A DNA stretch of 34,158 nt from Octopus sinensis (lineage: Eukaryota), in NCBI RefSeq assembly GCF_006345805.1, contig NW_021831922.1, forward strand, positions 1 through 34,158, in the 5' to 3' direction. Under the pieces are notes generated by a model that had not been told where the DNA came from, made no database searches, and saw only the letters and a list, made by a program, of their open reading frames with translations. A program made the translations under genes and the position numbers. This document shows, piece by piece, positions 12,192 through 22,220 of the stretch (position 1 is the stretch's first letter; the number at the start of each line of letters is the position of its first letter).

Positions 12192-12584
12192 CAGGCTTCT
12201 TTCAGTTTCCGGCTACCAGATACACTTTAACAAGGTTTTGGTCGACCCAGAGCTGCAGTAGAAGACACTCGAACGAGGCGCCACATGGTGGGACAGAACC
12301 ATGTGGTCGGGAAACAAGCTTCTTGCCACACAGCCACACACGATCCGACTTGGGGGAAATTATTATCTTGCTTGGAAACAAGTAAATGTTTGTGACAGGA
12401 AAAGCATCCGGCCACACAAAAAAAATCTGCCTCGACAAATTTTGGCGATCCAAGCAAGCAGTGAAAACTGGATATTAAAATGATGATGATAGGTGAAAGT
12501 GAAAGTGAAACTAAAATGTATGTTACAGTAGTAGTAGTAGTAGTAGAGTAGTAGCACCAGTAATTGTGGAAGTAGTAGTAGAAA

Positions 12585-12616
<32 letters not shown>

Positions 12617-12882
12617 GTAGTAGTAGTAATAGCAACAGCAGTAGTAGTAGTAGAGTAGTAGCAGCAGTAATTGTGGAAGTAGTAGTAGTAGTAGTAGTAG
12701 TAGTAATAGCAGCAGCAGCAGTAGTAGTAGAGTAGTAGCAGCAGTAATTGTGGAAGTAGTGGTAGAAATAGTAGTAGTAGTAGTAGTAGTAGTAATAGCA
12801 GTAGTAGTAGTAGAGTAGTAGCAGCAGTAATTGTGGAAGTAGTAGTAGAAATAGTAGTAGTAGTAGTAGTAGTAGTAGTAAT

Positions 12883-12931
<49 letters not shown>

Positions 12932-13083
12932 ATAGCAGCAGCAGCAGTAGTAGTAGAGTAGTAGCAGCAGTAATTGTGGAAGTAGTGGTAGAAATAGTAG
13001 TAGTAGTAGTAGTAGTAATAGCAGCAGCAGTAGTAGTAGTAGTAGAGTAGTAGTAACAGTAATTGTGGAAGTAGTAGTAGAAA

Positions 13084-13119
<36 letters not shown>

Positions 13120-13470
13120 CAGCAGCAGCAGTCGTAGTAGTAGAGTAGTAGCAGCAGTAATTGTGGAAGTAGTAGTAGAAATAGTAGTAGTAGTAATAGT
13201 AGTAGTAGTAGTAGTAGTAGTAGTAATAGCAGCAGCAGTAGTAGTAGTAGAGTAGTAGCAGCAGTAATTGTGGAAGTAGTAGTAGAAATAGTAGTAGTAG
13301 TAGTAGTAGTAGTAGCAGCAGCAGCAGTAGTAGTAGTAGTAGTAGTAGTAATAGCAGCAGCAGTAGTAGTAGTAGAGTAGTAGCAGCAGTAATTGTGGAA
13401 GTAGTAGTAGAAATAGTAGTAGTAGTAGTAGTAGTAGTAGAAACAGTAGTCGTAGTAGTAGTAGTAGCAG
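11640..13470. repeat. (AGT)n-based compound minisatellite with a SINE fragment at 12187-12480
   Basis: Anchor AGAGTAGTAGCAGCAGTAATTGTGGAAGTAGTAGTAGAAAT repeated more than 10 times with variable (AGT)n spacers. Confidence 0.92.
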
Positions 13471-13577
13471 TGGCAGGCTTCTTTCAGTTTCCGGCTACCA
13501 AATACACTTACAGTTTCTCGAAGACAAAGATGTCATCGAGAATCGAGCAAAATGATAATAAACATAGGCGGCATTAC

Positions 13578-13683
13578 CTGTGTGCTAATACGTGTGTTGC
13601 TACAGTGATTGTGCTGAAGTCCAGCCTTTCCTGGATAATTGATACACTTTCATTGGAGCAAATCTTTGATTGTGGGGAGTATC
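13578..13683 (-). CDS. Zinc-motif exon: (G)YSPQSKICSNESVSIIQERLDFSTITVATHVLAH(S)
   Basis: Long pyrimidine tract then tactAG; donor cag|GTAATG; 106 nt, phase 1-2; aligns with the G..xC..S.SIIE.....A.TxAHELGH segment but reads HVLAH. Confidence 0.93.
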
Positions 13684-14104
13684 CTAGTAAAAGAAGCAGA
13701 TGAGAATGAGAGAGATAAATATAGGATGGTTTAAAGTGAGTGATGGGAAGATATGTCAAAGTATTTATGTGTGTATGTGTATGTATGTGTGTGTCTGCCC
13801 ATCAATTCATCCAACCATGTATCTATACATACATACATACATACAAACATACATACATATACATACATACATATATATATATATTACAGTTGTTTCATTT
13901 GGAGTTTTTATTGTGACATATGCATAACACTGTTAGATTGCATAATATGTTACACAACACCCAACTCATCAGGCTACCAGATAAAGAAGTCACTGTACAT
14001 ATATACATACATATATATATATATATATATATCACCGTGACCAACCAGGCTATCAGATGTTGCTGCACATCGCTGGTCACAATGCGCTTTGCATTGTTTT
14101 AGCC

Positions 14105-14283
14105 TTCAAATGAGAAAGTTGCGGCGAAAGAGTACAGCAGGGATCGCCACCTCCCCCTGCCGGAGCCTCATGGAGCTTTAGGTGTTTTCGCTCAGTAAAC
14201 ACTCACAACGCCAGGTCTGGGAATTGAAACCGCGTTCCTACGACCGCGTGTCAGTTGCCCTAACCACTGGGCCATTGCGCCTC

Positions 14284-14287
<4 letters not shown>
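14105..14287 (-). mobile_element. Family B SINE 5' part
   Basis: Reverse complement of the 7091 head. Confidence 0.85.
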
Positions 14288-14327
<40 letters not shown>

Positions 14328-14468
14328 CACCAATATGCAAACATAACTATTTGCTTGTACATATGCATACATTACCACTGGCACACCAATCTACCAATAT
14401 ACACACCTCCATCCACAACCTGATATATACTCTCTCCCCTACACCCACCCACATTTTTAAACACTTAC

Positions 14469-14506
14469 CTCTCAGTTTTTTCTGTCCATTTTCAAACACT
14501 TCAAGG
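14469..14506 (-). CDS. Short 38-nt exon: (I)LEVFENGQKKLR(G)
   Basis: Acceptor ttgttttgttattgatAG, strong donor gag|GTAAGT; the only candidate I found that supplies the required phase 2 to phase 1 bridge with an open frame, ending in the conserved Gly. Confidence 0.8.
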
Positions 14507-15094
14507 CTATCAATAACAAAACAAGATATAAACATTTTACAGGGTGTATATATATATATATATGTAATTTGCATAAAGTGTACAATGATTTTTAATACTG
14601 GTGTATATATATCAGTAGCCCATTTTTTCCTTGTTTTTTAGTTGGGAACCTTTTAATTTCTAAGGGCATTCGTGTTTTATAATAAGATCTTTTATTATTA
14701 CCAGAATTATCCTGCATTGAGATATGAATATAACAAAGCTATATAATTCTATGCCAGTTTATTATTCTATCTCTTGCTGTTTTTATGAGTATGCATTGCA
14801 TATCTTAACGGTCTTTACCTAGCAACCAATGAAATCTACCAATGAAATCTCAATGCACTGTTTACTAATCGTATTTTGATGTATTTATTGTTATTTCATT
14901 CTAAACTATATTACATTAAATCACATGGACTAATTATATAATAATTAATTATCATAATATCAAAGATTATTAAATGATACATGGTAATATTGATCAAGTT
15001 CTGCAATAATATTATTGCTTTAAATATCAAATCGTTGAATATTACAAGTGTTTTATAAATATAGTGTTATTGATATCATAGCATATATTACTCC

Positions 15095-15497
15095 TACTCT
15101 TTTACTTGTTTCAGTCATTTGACTGCGGCCATGCTGGAGCACCGCCTTTAGTCGAGCAAATCGACCCCGGGACTTATTCTTTGCAAACCCAGTACTTATT
15201 CTATCGGTCTGTTTTGCCGAACCGCTAAGTAACGGGTACATAAACACACCGGCATCGGTTGTCAAGCAATGCTAGAGGGACAAACACAGACACACAAACA
15301 TATACACACACATACATATATATACATATATACGACAGGCTTCTTTCAGTTTCCGTCTACAAAATCCACTCACAAGGCTTTGGTTGGCCTGACTCTCTAG
15401 CAGAAGACACTTGCCAAAGATGCCACACAGTGGGACTGAACCCGGAACCATGTGGTTGGTTAGCAAGCTACTTACCACACAGCCACTCCTGCGCCTA
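15095..15497 (-). mobile_element. tRNA-derived SINE (family A), full length
   Basis: Reverse complement of GGCGCAGGAGTGGCTGTGTGGTAAGTAGCTTGC ... CCAGCATGGCCGCAGTCAAATGACTGAAACAAGTAAAAGAG. Confidence 0.92.
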
Positions 15498-15613
15498 TAT
15501 ATATATATATATATAAATATTTAAAGTATTTAAATACTCCATACAACAATAAATATGTGAATCTTTCAGGAATAACCATTAAAATCTTCATCATCGTCAT
15601 CATCAACATCCTT

Positions 15614-15752
15614 ATAGGCACAGGCGTGGCTGTGTAGTAAGAAGTTTGCTTTCCAACCACATGGTTCTGGGTTCAGCCCCACTGTGTGGTACCTTGGGCA
15701 ACTATCGCTTTGTGCTGACCAAAGTCTTGGGAGTGGATTTGGTAGACAGAAA
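15614..15752 (+). mobile_element. Family A SINE 5' fragment
   Basis: Head and part of the central region match 22027 and 23110. Confidence 0.8.
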
Positions 15753-15789
15753 ATTAGCAAAAATGTGTGGTTGTCTCTAAAAGAAGATC

Positions 15790-15950
15790 GGATTTCAGGT
15801 GCATAAGATCTCTTTGACTGTGACAAGGAAGACAAAAGCTTTTTGAACAGGTAATGACCGTGAGTCTATGGCTATGATTCCAAAACCAAGGCTCAGTCTT
15901 CGCAGTGGAAGATTCAACAAGATTTCAAAACATCAAAAAAATCTAAGAGA
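15790..15950 (+). pseudogene. Decayed mariner transposase fragment
   Basis: Translation DLFDCDKEDKSFLN...VYGYDSKTKAQSSQWK matches the mariner WVYGYDPETKxQSSQW motif after the first catalytic Asp; contains stops. Confidence 0.75.
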
Positions 15951-15957
15951 ATGAAAC

Positions 15958-16066
15958 AATAGGCGCAGGAGTGGTTGTATGGTAAGTAGCTTGCCTACCA
16001 ACCACATGGTTGCGGGTTCAGTCCCACTGCGTGGCATCTTGGGTAAGTGTCTTCTGCTATAGCCTC
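15958..16066 (+). mobile_element. Family A SINE head fragment
   Basis: GGCGCAGGAGTGG...GGGTTCAGTCCCACTGCGTGGCATCTTGGG. Confidence 0.85.
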
Positions 16067-16249
16067 GTGAAAGTGTTGCAGCTCGTGAAAGCTCAATTTC
16101 TTGTATTTCTTTCCAGTTTTATACACCATTCCTGGGATACAAGAATTTGTAATGCAAGGGCCAGAGACAAGCCCTGTACCAGCTAAAAGTAGCAAGACTG
16201 GTAAGCATAACCAGAGTAAAATATCATAAACAACAAAAACAATCCTCAT

Positions 16250-16790
16250 CATGGTTTAATGTCCGTTTTCCATGCTAGCATGGGTTGGACGGTTCGACCG
16301 GGATCTGGGAAGCCAGGAGGCTGCACTAGGCTCCAGCCTTATCTGGCAATGTTTCTACAGCTGGATGCCCTTCCTAATGCCAACCACTCTGTGAGTGTAG
16401 TGGGTGCTTTTTACATGCCACCGGCACAAGTGCCAGGCGAGGCTGAAACGGCCACAACTGGATTGGTGCTTTTTACGTGCCACCGGCACAGGTGCCAGGC
16501 GAGGCTGGCAAACGGCCACAATCGGATTGGTGCTTTTCACGTGCCACCAGCACAGAAGCCAGTCAAGGCGGGGCTGGTATCGGCCACGTTCAGATGGTGC
16601 TTTTTTGGATGGCACAGGGATCACAACTACAATTTCCATAGATTTTTGATGTTGGTGTACTTGACTCAATAGGTCTCCGGTGTTTCTTTACCAGCCACCT
16701 GCACAGGAGTCAGTCCAGCAGCACTGGCAACTGCCGGGGTGCCAGTCATAGGATTGGTTCAATTCCGATTCCAATTTCACTTGCCCCAAC
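16250..16790 (-). mobile_element. Family D retroposon copy
   Basis: Same tail and core; internal subrepeats of about 50 bp (GTGCTTTT.ACGTGCCACC.GCACA). Confidence 0.8.
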
Positions 16791-16903
16791 AGGTAACAAA
16801 AACAATATTAACAACAATAACATAACGACATTAACAACGACGTAAACAACAGCAGCAACAACAACAAGTAAAACATGAAGCAAAAACAGAGAGTCAATCG
16901 TAC

Positions 16904-17043
16904 ATGGTGAAGAACATAGCATGGTCATGTTCCGGAAGATTCCTTCGTTTTGACCAGTGTGTTAGCGCTTTAAGAAACTGGTCGGTTTTAATCTCGGTCT
17001 TTTGACGTCCATCTTTGTCCAGCCACAGTCTTGACTTGGGGTC
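16904..17043 (-). CDS. ADAMTS/MIG-17-like exon: DPKSRLWLDKDGRQKTEIKTDQFLKALTHWSKRRNLPEHDHAMFFT(I)
   Basis: Acceptor ttttctgttgcAG, donor cat|GTACGA; 140 nt, phase 0-2; contains the L..W and LPxHDHAMxFT motifs typical of ADAMTS-type reprolysins. Confidence 0.92.
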
Positions 17044-17099
17044 CTGCAACAGAAAACAAAAAGGAGCTGGTATATATGACATTGTACTGCAGGAAAGGA

Positions 17100-17135
<36 letters not shown>

Positions 17136-17136
17136 T

Positions 17137-17478
17137 CACTTGTTCCAGTCAATTGACTGCGGCCATGCTGGAGCACCGCCTTTTAGTCGAGCAAATCGAC
17201 CCCGGGACTTATTCTTTGTAAGCCCAGTACTTATTCTATCGGTCTCTTTTGCCAAACCGCCAAGTGACGGGGACGTAAACACACCAGCATTGGTCGTCAA
17301 GCAATGCTAGGGGGACAAACACAGACACACAAACACACACATATATATATATACATATATACGACAGGCTTCTTTCAGTTTCCGTCTACCAAATCCACTC
17401 ACAAGGCATTGGTCGGCCCGGGGCTATAGCAGAAGACACTTGCAAGATGCCACGCAGTGGAACTGAACCCAGAACCAT
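17137..17478 (-). mobile_element. Family A SINE (5'-truncated)
   Basis: High similarity to 15095-15497. Confidence 0.9.
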
Positions 17479-17508
17479 ATATATATATATATATATGTAT
17501 ATATAGCC

Positions 17509-17665
17509 AGATAACCGAAGAGATGGTGTTGTGGATTCTCACTTCGGCATCCGAAACTCAGAGTTTTATCTTGACTATGAGTAATAGTCACATATTATTT
17601 TACAGATAAATGTCCTCTATTTACATAATATTGAGGTCTCTTTCTTTCTTTTGTTATCTTACCGT
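17509..17665 (+). mobile_element. Penelope-like terminal fragment with hammerhead-like motif
   Basis: Homologous (reverse complement) to 33410-33570; lies between (TA)n tracts; motif detailed in findings. Confidence 0.6.
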
Positions 17666-17673
17666 TTTACCAA

Positions 17674-17719
<46 letters not shown>

Positions 17720-17861
17720 TGAGTGTATTTTTACCTTGTTAACAATTAACACGAAAAAATTAATAAATATATATACATATATCCACCTAGTGGTTTTTTA
17801 GCCCTTAATACACACACATATATATATATAATTATTATTATTTTCATCATTATCATTATTA

Positions 17862-17904
<43 letters not shown>

Positions 17905-17908
17905 CATA

Positions 17909-17945
<37 letters not shown>

Positions 17946-18055
17946 ACATATACCTAATGGAATTGAAGGTGAGTTGTCTCACTGGTCAATGAATCTGAGG
18001 TGTTTTTAACACCCTGTGTTTTGGGAGTGTATACACTCCCCTACACTCTTGGAGC

Positions 18056-18109
<54 letters not shown>

Positions 18110-18110
<1 letters not shown>

Positions 18111-18310
18111 GGAGAGTTCAAGAAAAAAAACAAAAGACGAAGACAGGTGGTGTACAAAACAAACAGATGTATTAGTATAACACTCAGGAATAGAAAAAGT
18201 CTTTTATGTTTCGAGCCTATGCTCTTCTACAGAATGGACACAGAAAAACAAGGAGAGGAACAAGGAGAGAAAAAAAAGGAGAGGAAAAAAAGGGGAGAAA
18301 AAGGGAAAGA
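18110..18310 (-). mobile_element. Penelope-like terminal fragment with degenerate hammerhead-like motif
   Basis: Minus strand CTGTAGAAGAGCATAGGCTCGAAAC, running out into (TA)n. Confidence 0.45.
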
Positions 18311-18534
18311 GAGAGTATTCTTTATAATTGGATAAATCTTTATTAGCGCTTTCATTCGTTAACCGAACTCTTCAATACAAAAATTAAAACCAAAATCATG
18401 GTTTTCGTTTTTGTTCGGTTAACGAAGGAAAATGCTAATAAATAATTAACCAAAATTCTGACTGCCTCCTTTTTCACAATATACAATATCTGTACACTAC
18501 TCCAAACACTCTACACACACACACACACCTACAC

Positions 18535-19289
18535 ACATATGTAAGTATGTATGTATCCATTTATGTATGTATGTATGTATATATGTATGTATGTATGTAT
18601 ATATGTATGTATGTACAAATGTATATATGTATGTATGTATGTATATATGTATGTATGTATATATGTATGTATGTATGTACAAATGTATATATGTATGTAA
18701 GTATGTATATATGTATGTATGTATATATATATGTATGTATATATGTATGTATGTATGTATGTGTGTATGTATATATGTATGTATGTAAGTATGTATGTAT
18801 GTATGTATGTATGTGTGTATGTATGAATGTGTGTATGCATGTATGTATGTATGTATATATGTATGTATGTATATATGTATGCATATATGTATGTATATAT
18901 GTATGTATGTATGTATGTATATATGTATATATGTATGTATATATGTATGTATATATGTATGTATATGTATGTATGTATGTCTGTATGTATGTATATATAT
19001 GTATGTATATGTATGTATATATGTATATATGTATGTATGTATATATGTATGTATATATGTATGTATTTCTATATGTATGTATGTATGTATATATGTATGT
19101 ATGTATGTATATATGTATGTATGTATGTATATATATGTATGTATATATGTATGTATGTATATATATGTATGTATATGTATATATGTATATATGTATGTAT
19201 GTATATATGTATGTATATATGTATGTATGTCTATATGTATGTATGTATGTATATATGTATGTATGCATGTATATATGTATGTATATATG

Positions 19290-19320
<31 letters not shown>

Positions 19321-19385
19321 ATATGTATGTATTTATGTATGTATGTATATATGTATGCATATATAAATATATGTATGTATGTTTC
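18535..19385. repeat. (TATG)n/(TA)n microsatellite, about 850 bp
   Basis: Direct reading. Confidence 0.97.
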
Positions 19386-19751
19386 CATCCCCAACACAAA
19401 AACAACCACCAACAGGGACAGTAACACATCACATGAAGTGTATAAGTGAATCCATTTCAAACAAAAACATATTATGTTGGTATCTTGGTGTGTTTCAAAG
19501 GTTGAACGAAATGTCTTTGATCTTAGGTGTGCGAGGATTGCCAAAACAGCCACAGCAATACAATTAGCAAGAACAATATAACCACAACAACAATACCAAC
19601 AATACTCGCTCTTTGTTACTAACGTCTAAACCGATGCAGCTCACATCTCTCGCCCACCACTATCAACTCACCAAGCTTTTGAATTCAACCGGCTGCAATA
19701 GATATCAGCATGTACGCAAACACGAGTGTCTGTGTATGTGTATATGAGTGT

Positions 19752-20301
19752 GTGGAGGCGCAATGGCCCAGTGGTTAGGGCAGCGGACTCGCGGTCGTAG
19801 GATCGCGGTTTCGATTCCCAGACCGGGCATTGTGAGTGTTTATTGAGCGAAAATACCTAAAGCTCCACGAGGCTCCGGCAGGGATGGTGGTGATCCCTGC
19901 TGTACTCTTTCACCTTGGTGGAGGCGCAATGGCCCAGTGGTTAGGGCAGCGGACTCGCGGCCGTAGGATCGCAGTTTCGATTCCCAGACCGGGCGTTGTG
20001 AGTGTTTATTGAGCGAAAACACCTAAAGCTCCACGAGGCTCCGGCAGGGGATGGTTGTGATCCCTGCTGTACTCTTTCACCACAACTTTCTCTCACTCTT
20101 ACTTCCTGTTTCTGTTGTACCTGTATTTCAAAGGGCCGGCCTTGTCACTCTCTGTGTCACGCTGAATATCCCCGAGAACTACGTTAAGGGTACACGTGTC
20201 TGTGGAGTGCTCAGCCACTTACACGTTAATTTCACGAGAAGGCTGTTTCGTTGATTTGGATCAACCGGAACCCTCGTCGTTGTAACCGACGGAGTGCTTC
20301 C
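19752..20301 (+). mobile_element. Family B SINE, truncated copy (19752-19914) followed directly by a full copy (19918-20301)
   Basis: Two heads GTGGAGGCGCAATGGCCCAGTGG 166 bp apart. Confidence 0.92.
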
Positions 20302-20421
20302 ATGAGTGTGTACATGTGTGTGTGCGTATGTGAGAGAGAGAGAGAGAGAAAGAGGGAGAGAGCCTGCAGGCATGATCCCAGGAATGTTTTGAAGCAAGAG
20401 CACAAGGTCAGAAGGGAATAC

Positions 20422-21087
20422 GGATCTTTTCGGTTTGAACGGCAGTTTTTTCTAGCAGTGTCATATGAAATTGTCACCCATAATTATGACCCTAGTATCG
20501 ATCTATTGCATTTCAATCTGTTTTAGGGTTAGGGTTGGTTAGGGTTAGGTGTGGGGGGAAGGGTATCTTTTTTTCTTCAGAAATCTAAATAAACCCAATC
20601 TGTTTCTTAAACGAGGGACATATTCATACGGCACAGAATGTTTTTTTCACCTCAACAGACGTCAGTGATTGGTTGAAATTGCAGAAATTGAAGAAAAAAA
20701 ACAACAAATATCTTACAAACTATAGAATTTTCTCAATAAAGCCAAGAGAAAAAGATGTTTTATAAACACATTCTACCAGTATACGAAGTTTAAAAGTGTT
20801 TAGTTACGTGGAAATTATTTTTAAAAAACTGCCGTTCAAACCGAAAAGTTTCTTAAACGAGGGACATATTCATACGGCACAGAAGGTTTTTTTACCTCAA
20901 TAGACGTCATTGATTGGTTGAAATTGCAGAAATTGAAGAAAAAAAACAACAAATATCCTACAAACCATAGAATTTTCTCAATAAAGCCAAGAGAAAAAGA
21001 TGTTTTATAAACACATTCTACCAGAATACGAAGTTTAAAAGTGTTTAGTTACGTGGAAATAATTTTTAAAAACTTCCGTAAAGATCC
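20422..21087. mobile_element. Non-autonomous DNA transposon (MITE-like) with TIRs, 8-bp TSD and internal 246-bp duplication
   Basis: TSD GGGAATAC at 20414-20421 and 21088-21095; termini GGATCTTTTCGG / CCGTAAAGATCC; repeat units start at 20603 and 20849. Confidence 0.85.
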
Positions 21088-21639
21088 GGGAATACAGTTC
21101 CACGAGTATAGGACATAATAACATTATTTAGAAGGGCGTACTTCTTTTCTTGAGGGTGGCATGTGACCCTCAGCTGCCCTGGGTCCACCCCTTGAGTGCT
21201 TCTGTATGATTGTATATGTGTTATTTCTTTATTACCCATAACGAGCTGATGAAGATAAGAAACAAAGAACACATTGGGGTCATAAAATGCCCTCCACCCG
21301 CCAAAAAAAACGTATAATAAAATGAGACAGGTGAGAATGAAAGATGAAAGTGATGTTACCTGTGCTATCGGATAGCATCACTTACCTGTCTTCTTTCCCA
21401 ATGTCCTCTTCTAATAGTCTTCCGAAAAATTATTGTATATGTGTGTGTGTATTTATGTCTGAAATCGGAAGTGCAGGGGGTGAATTGTCTATAAAATCTG
21501 GTGACCCTATCGAGCGACCATAGATGACCTTTAGGATAATGTGTGTGTAGAATATATCCCCGAGAATACAGTTTCTTAAATCCAGCCAATGGATAAAGGT
21601 GTGATAGCTAACTTCAAGGCATATTCTTTTCTAATCTAG

Positions 21640-21830
21640 GTACTAGGCCCGAAACTTTTGGGGAGGGGGCCGCTCTATTAGATCGACCCCAGTACGCAAC
21701 TGGTACTTGATTTATCAACTTCGAAATGACGGAAAGCAAAGTCGATCTCAGTGGAATTTGAATTCAGAACGTAAAGACAGACGAAGTACCGCTAAGCTTT
21801 TCGCCCAGCGTGCAAACATTCCTGCCACTT
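21640..21830 (-). mobile_element. Family E SINE
   Basis: Similar to 1945-2130. Confidence 0.65.
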
Positions 21831-22025
21831 TTGGAATCTGGCCCCTGGAAGTGAGTTGAGCACCTTCTGTAATTCACTCTGGATCTTGACAACGGTGTTA
21901 AAACTGTAACCTTTGAGATGCATTTTCATCTTGGAGAAGAGATGGAAGTCAACAGGTGCTACATCTGGCAAATAGGGCAGGTGTGAAGTGATGCCATGTT
22001 GTTTTTGGTGAGAAAATCATGAGTG
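21830..22025 (-). pseudogene. Mariner transposase C-terminal remnant
   Basis: Translation FLTKNNMASLH..PYLPDVAPVDFHLFSKMKMHLKGYSFNTVVKIQSE matches HPPYSPDLAPxDF.LF.xLK..LKG.xF. Confidence 0.85.
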
Positions 22026-22026
22026 A

Positions 22027-22189
22027 GGTGCAGGAGTGGCTGTGTGGTAAGTAGCTTGCTAACCAACTACATGGTTCTGGGTTCAGTCCCACTGCGCGGC
22101 ACCTTGGGTAAGTGTCTTCTGCTATAGCCCCGGGCCGACCAAAGCCTTGTGAGTGGATTTGGTAGACGGAAACTGAAAGAAGCCTGTCG

Positions 22190-22220
<31 letters not shown>

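Noticed and set aside
11640-13470. Regularly spaced direct repeats superficially like a CRISPR array
   Set aside because: Eukaryotic context, spacers are (AGT)n rather than unique sequence, and no cas genes are present.
15566-15613. YKDVDDDDDEDFNGYS considered as the short bridging exon
   Set aside because: No acceptor AG in the right phase and a weak donor; 14506-14469 fits far better.
21246-21265. CTGATGA...GAAA resembling a hammerhead core
   Set aside because: No stem II pairing and no stem I or III.
21142-21488. Strong donor (CAG|GTAAGT at 21385) and strong acceptor (21246) suggesting extra exons
   Set aside because: Candidate exons of 73, 103 and 104 nt hit stops or shift the frame of the host gene and show no M12B similarity.
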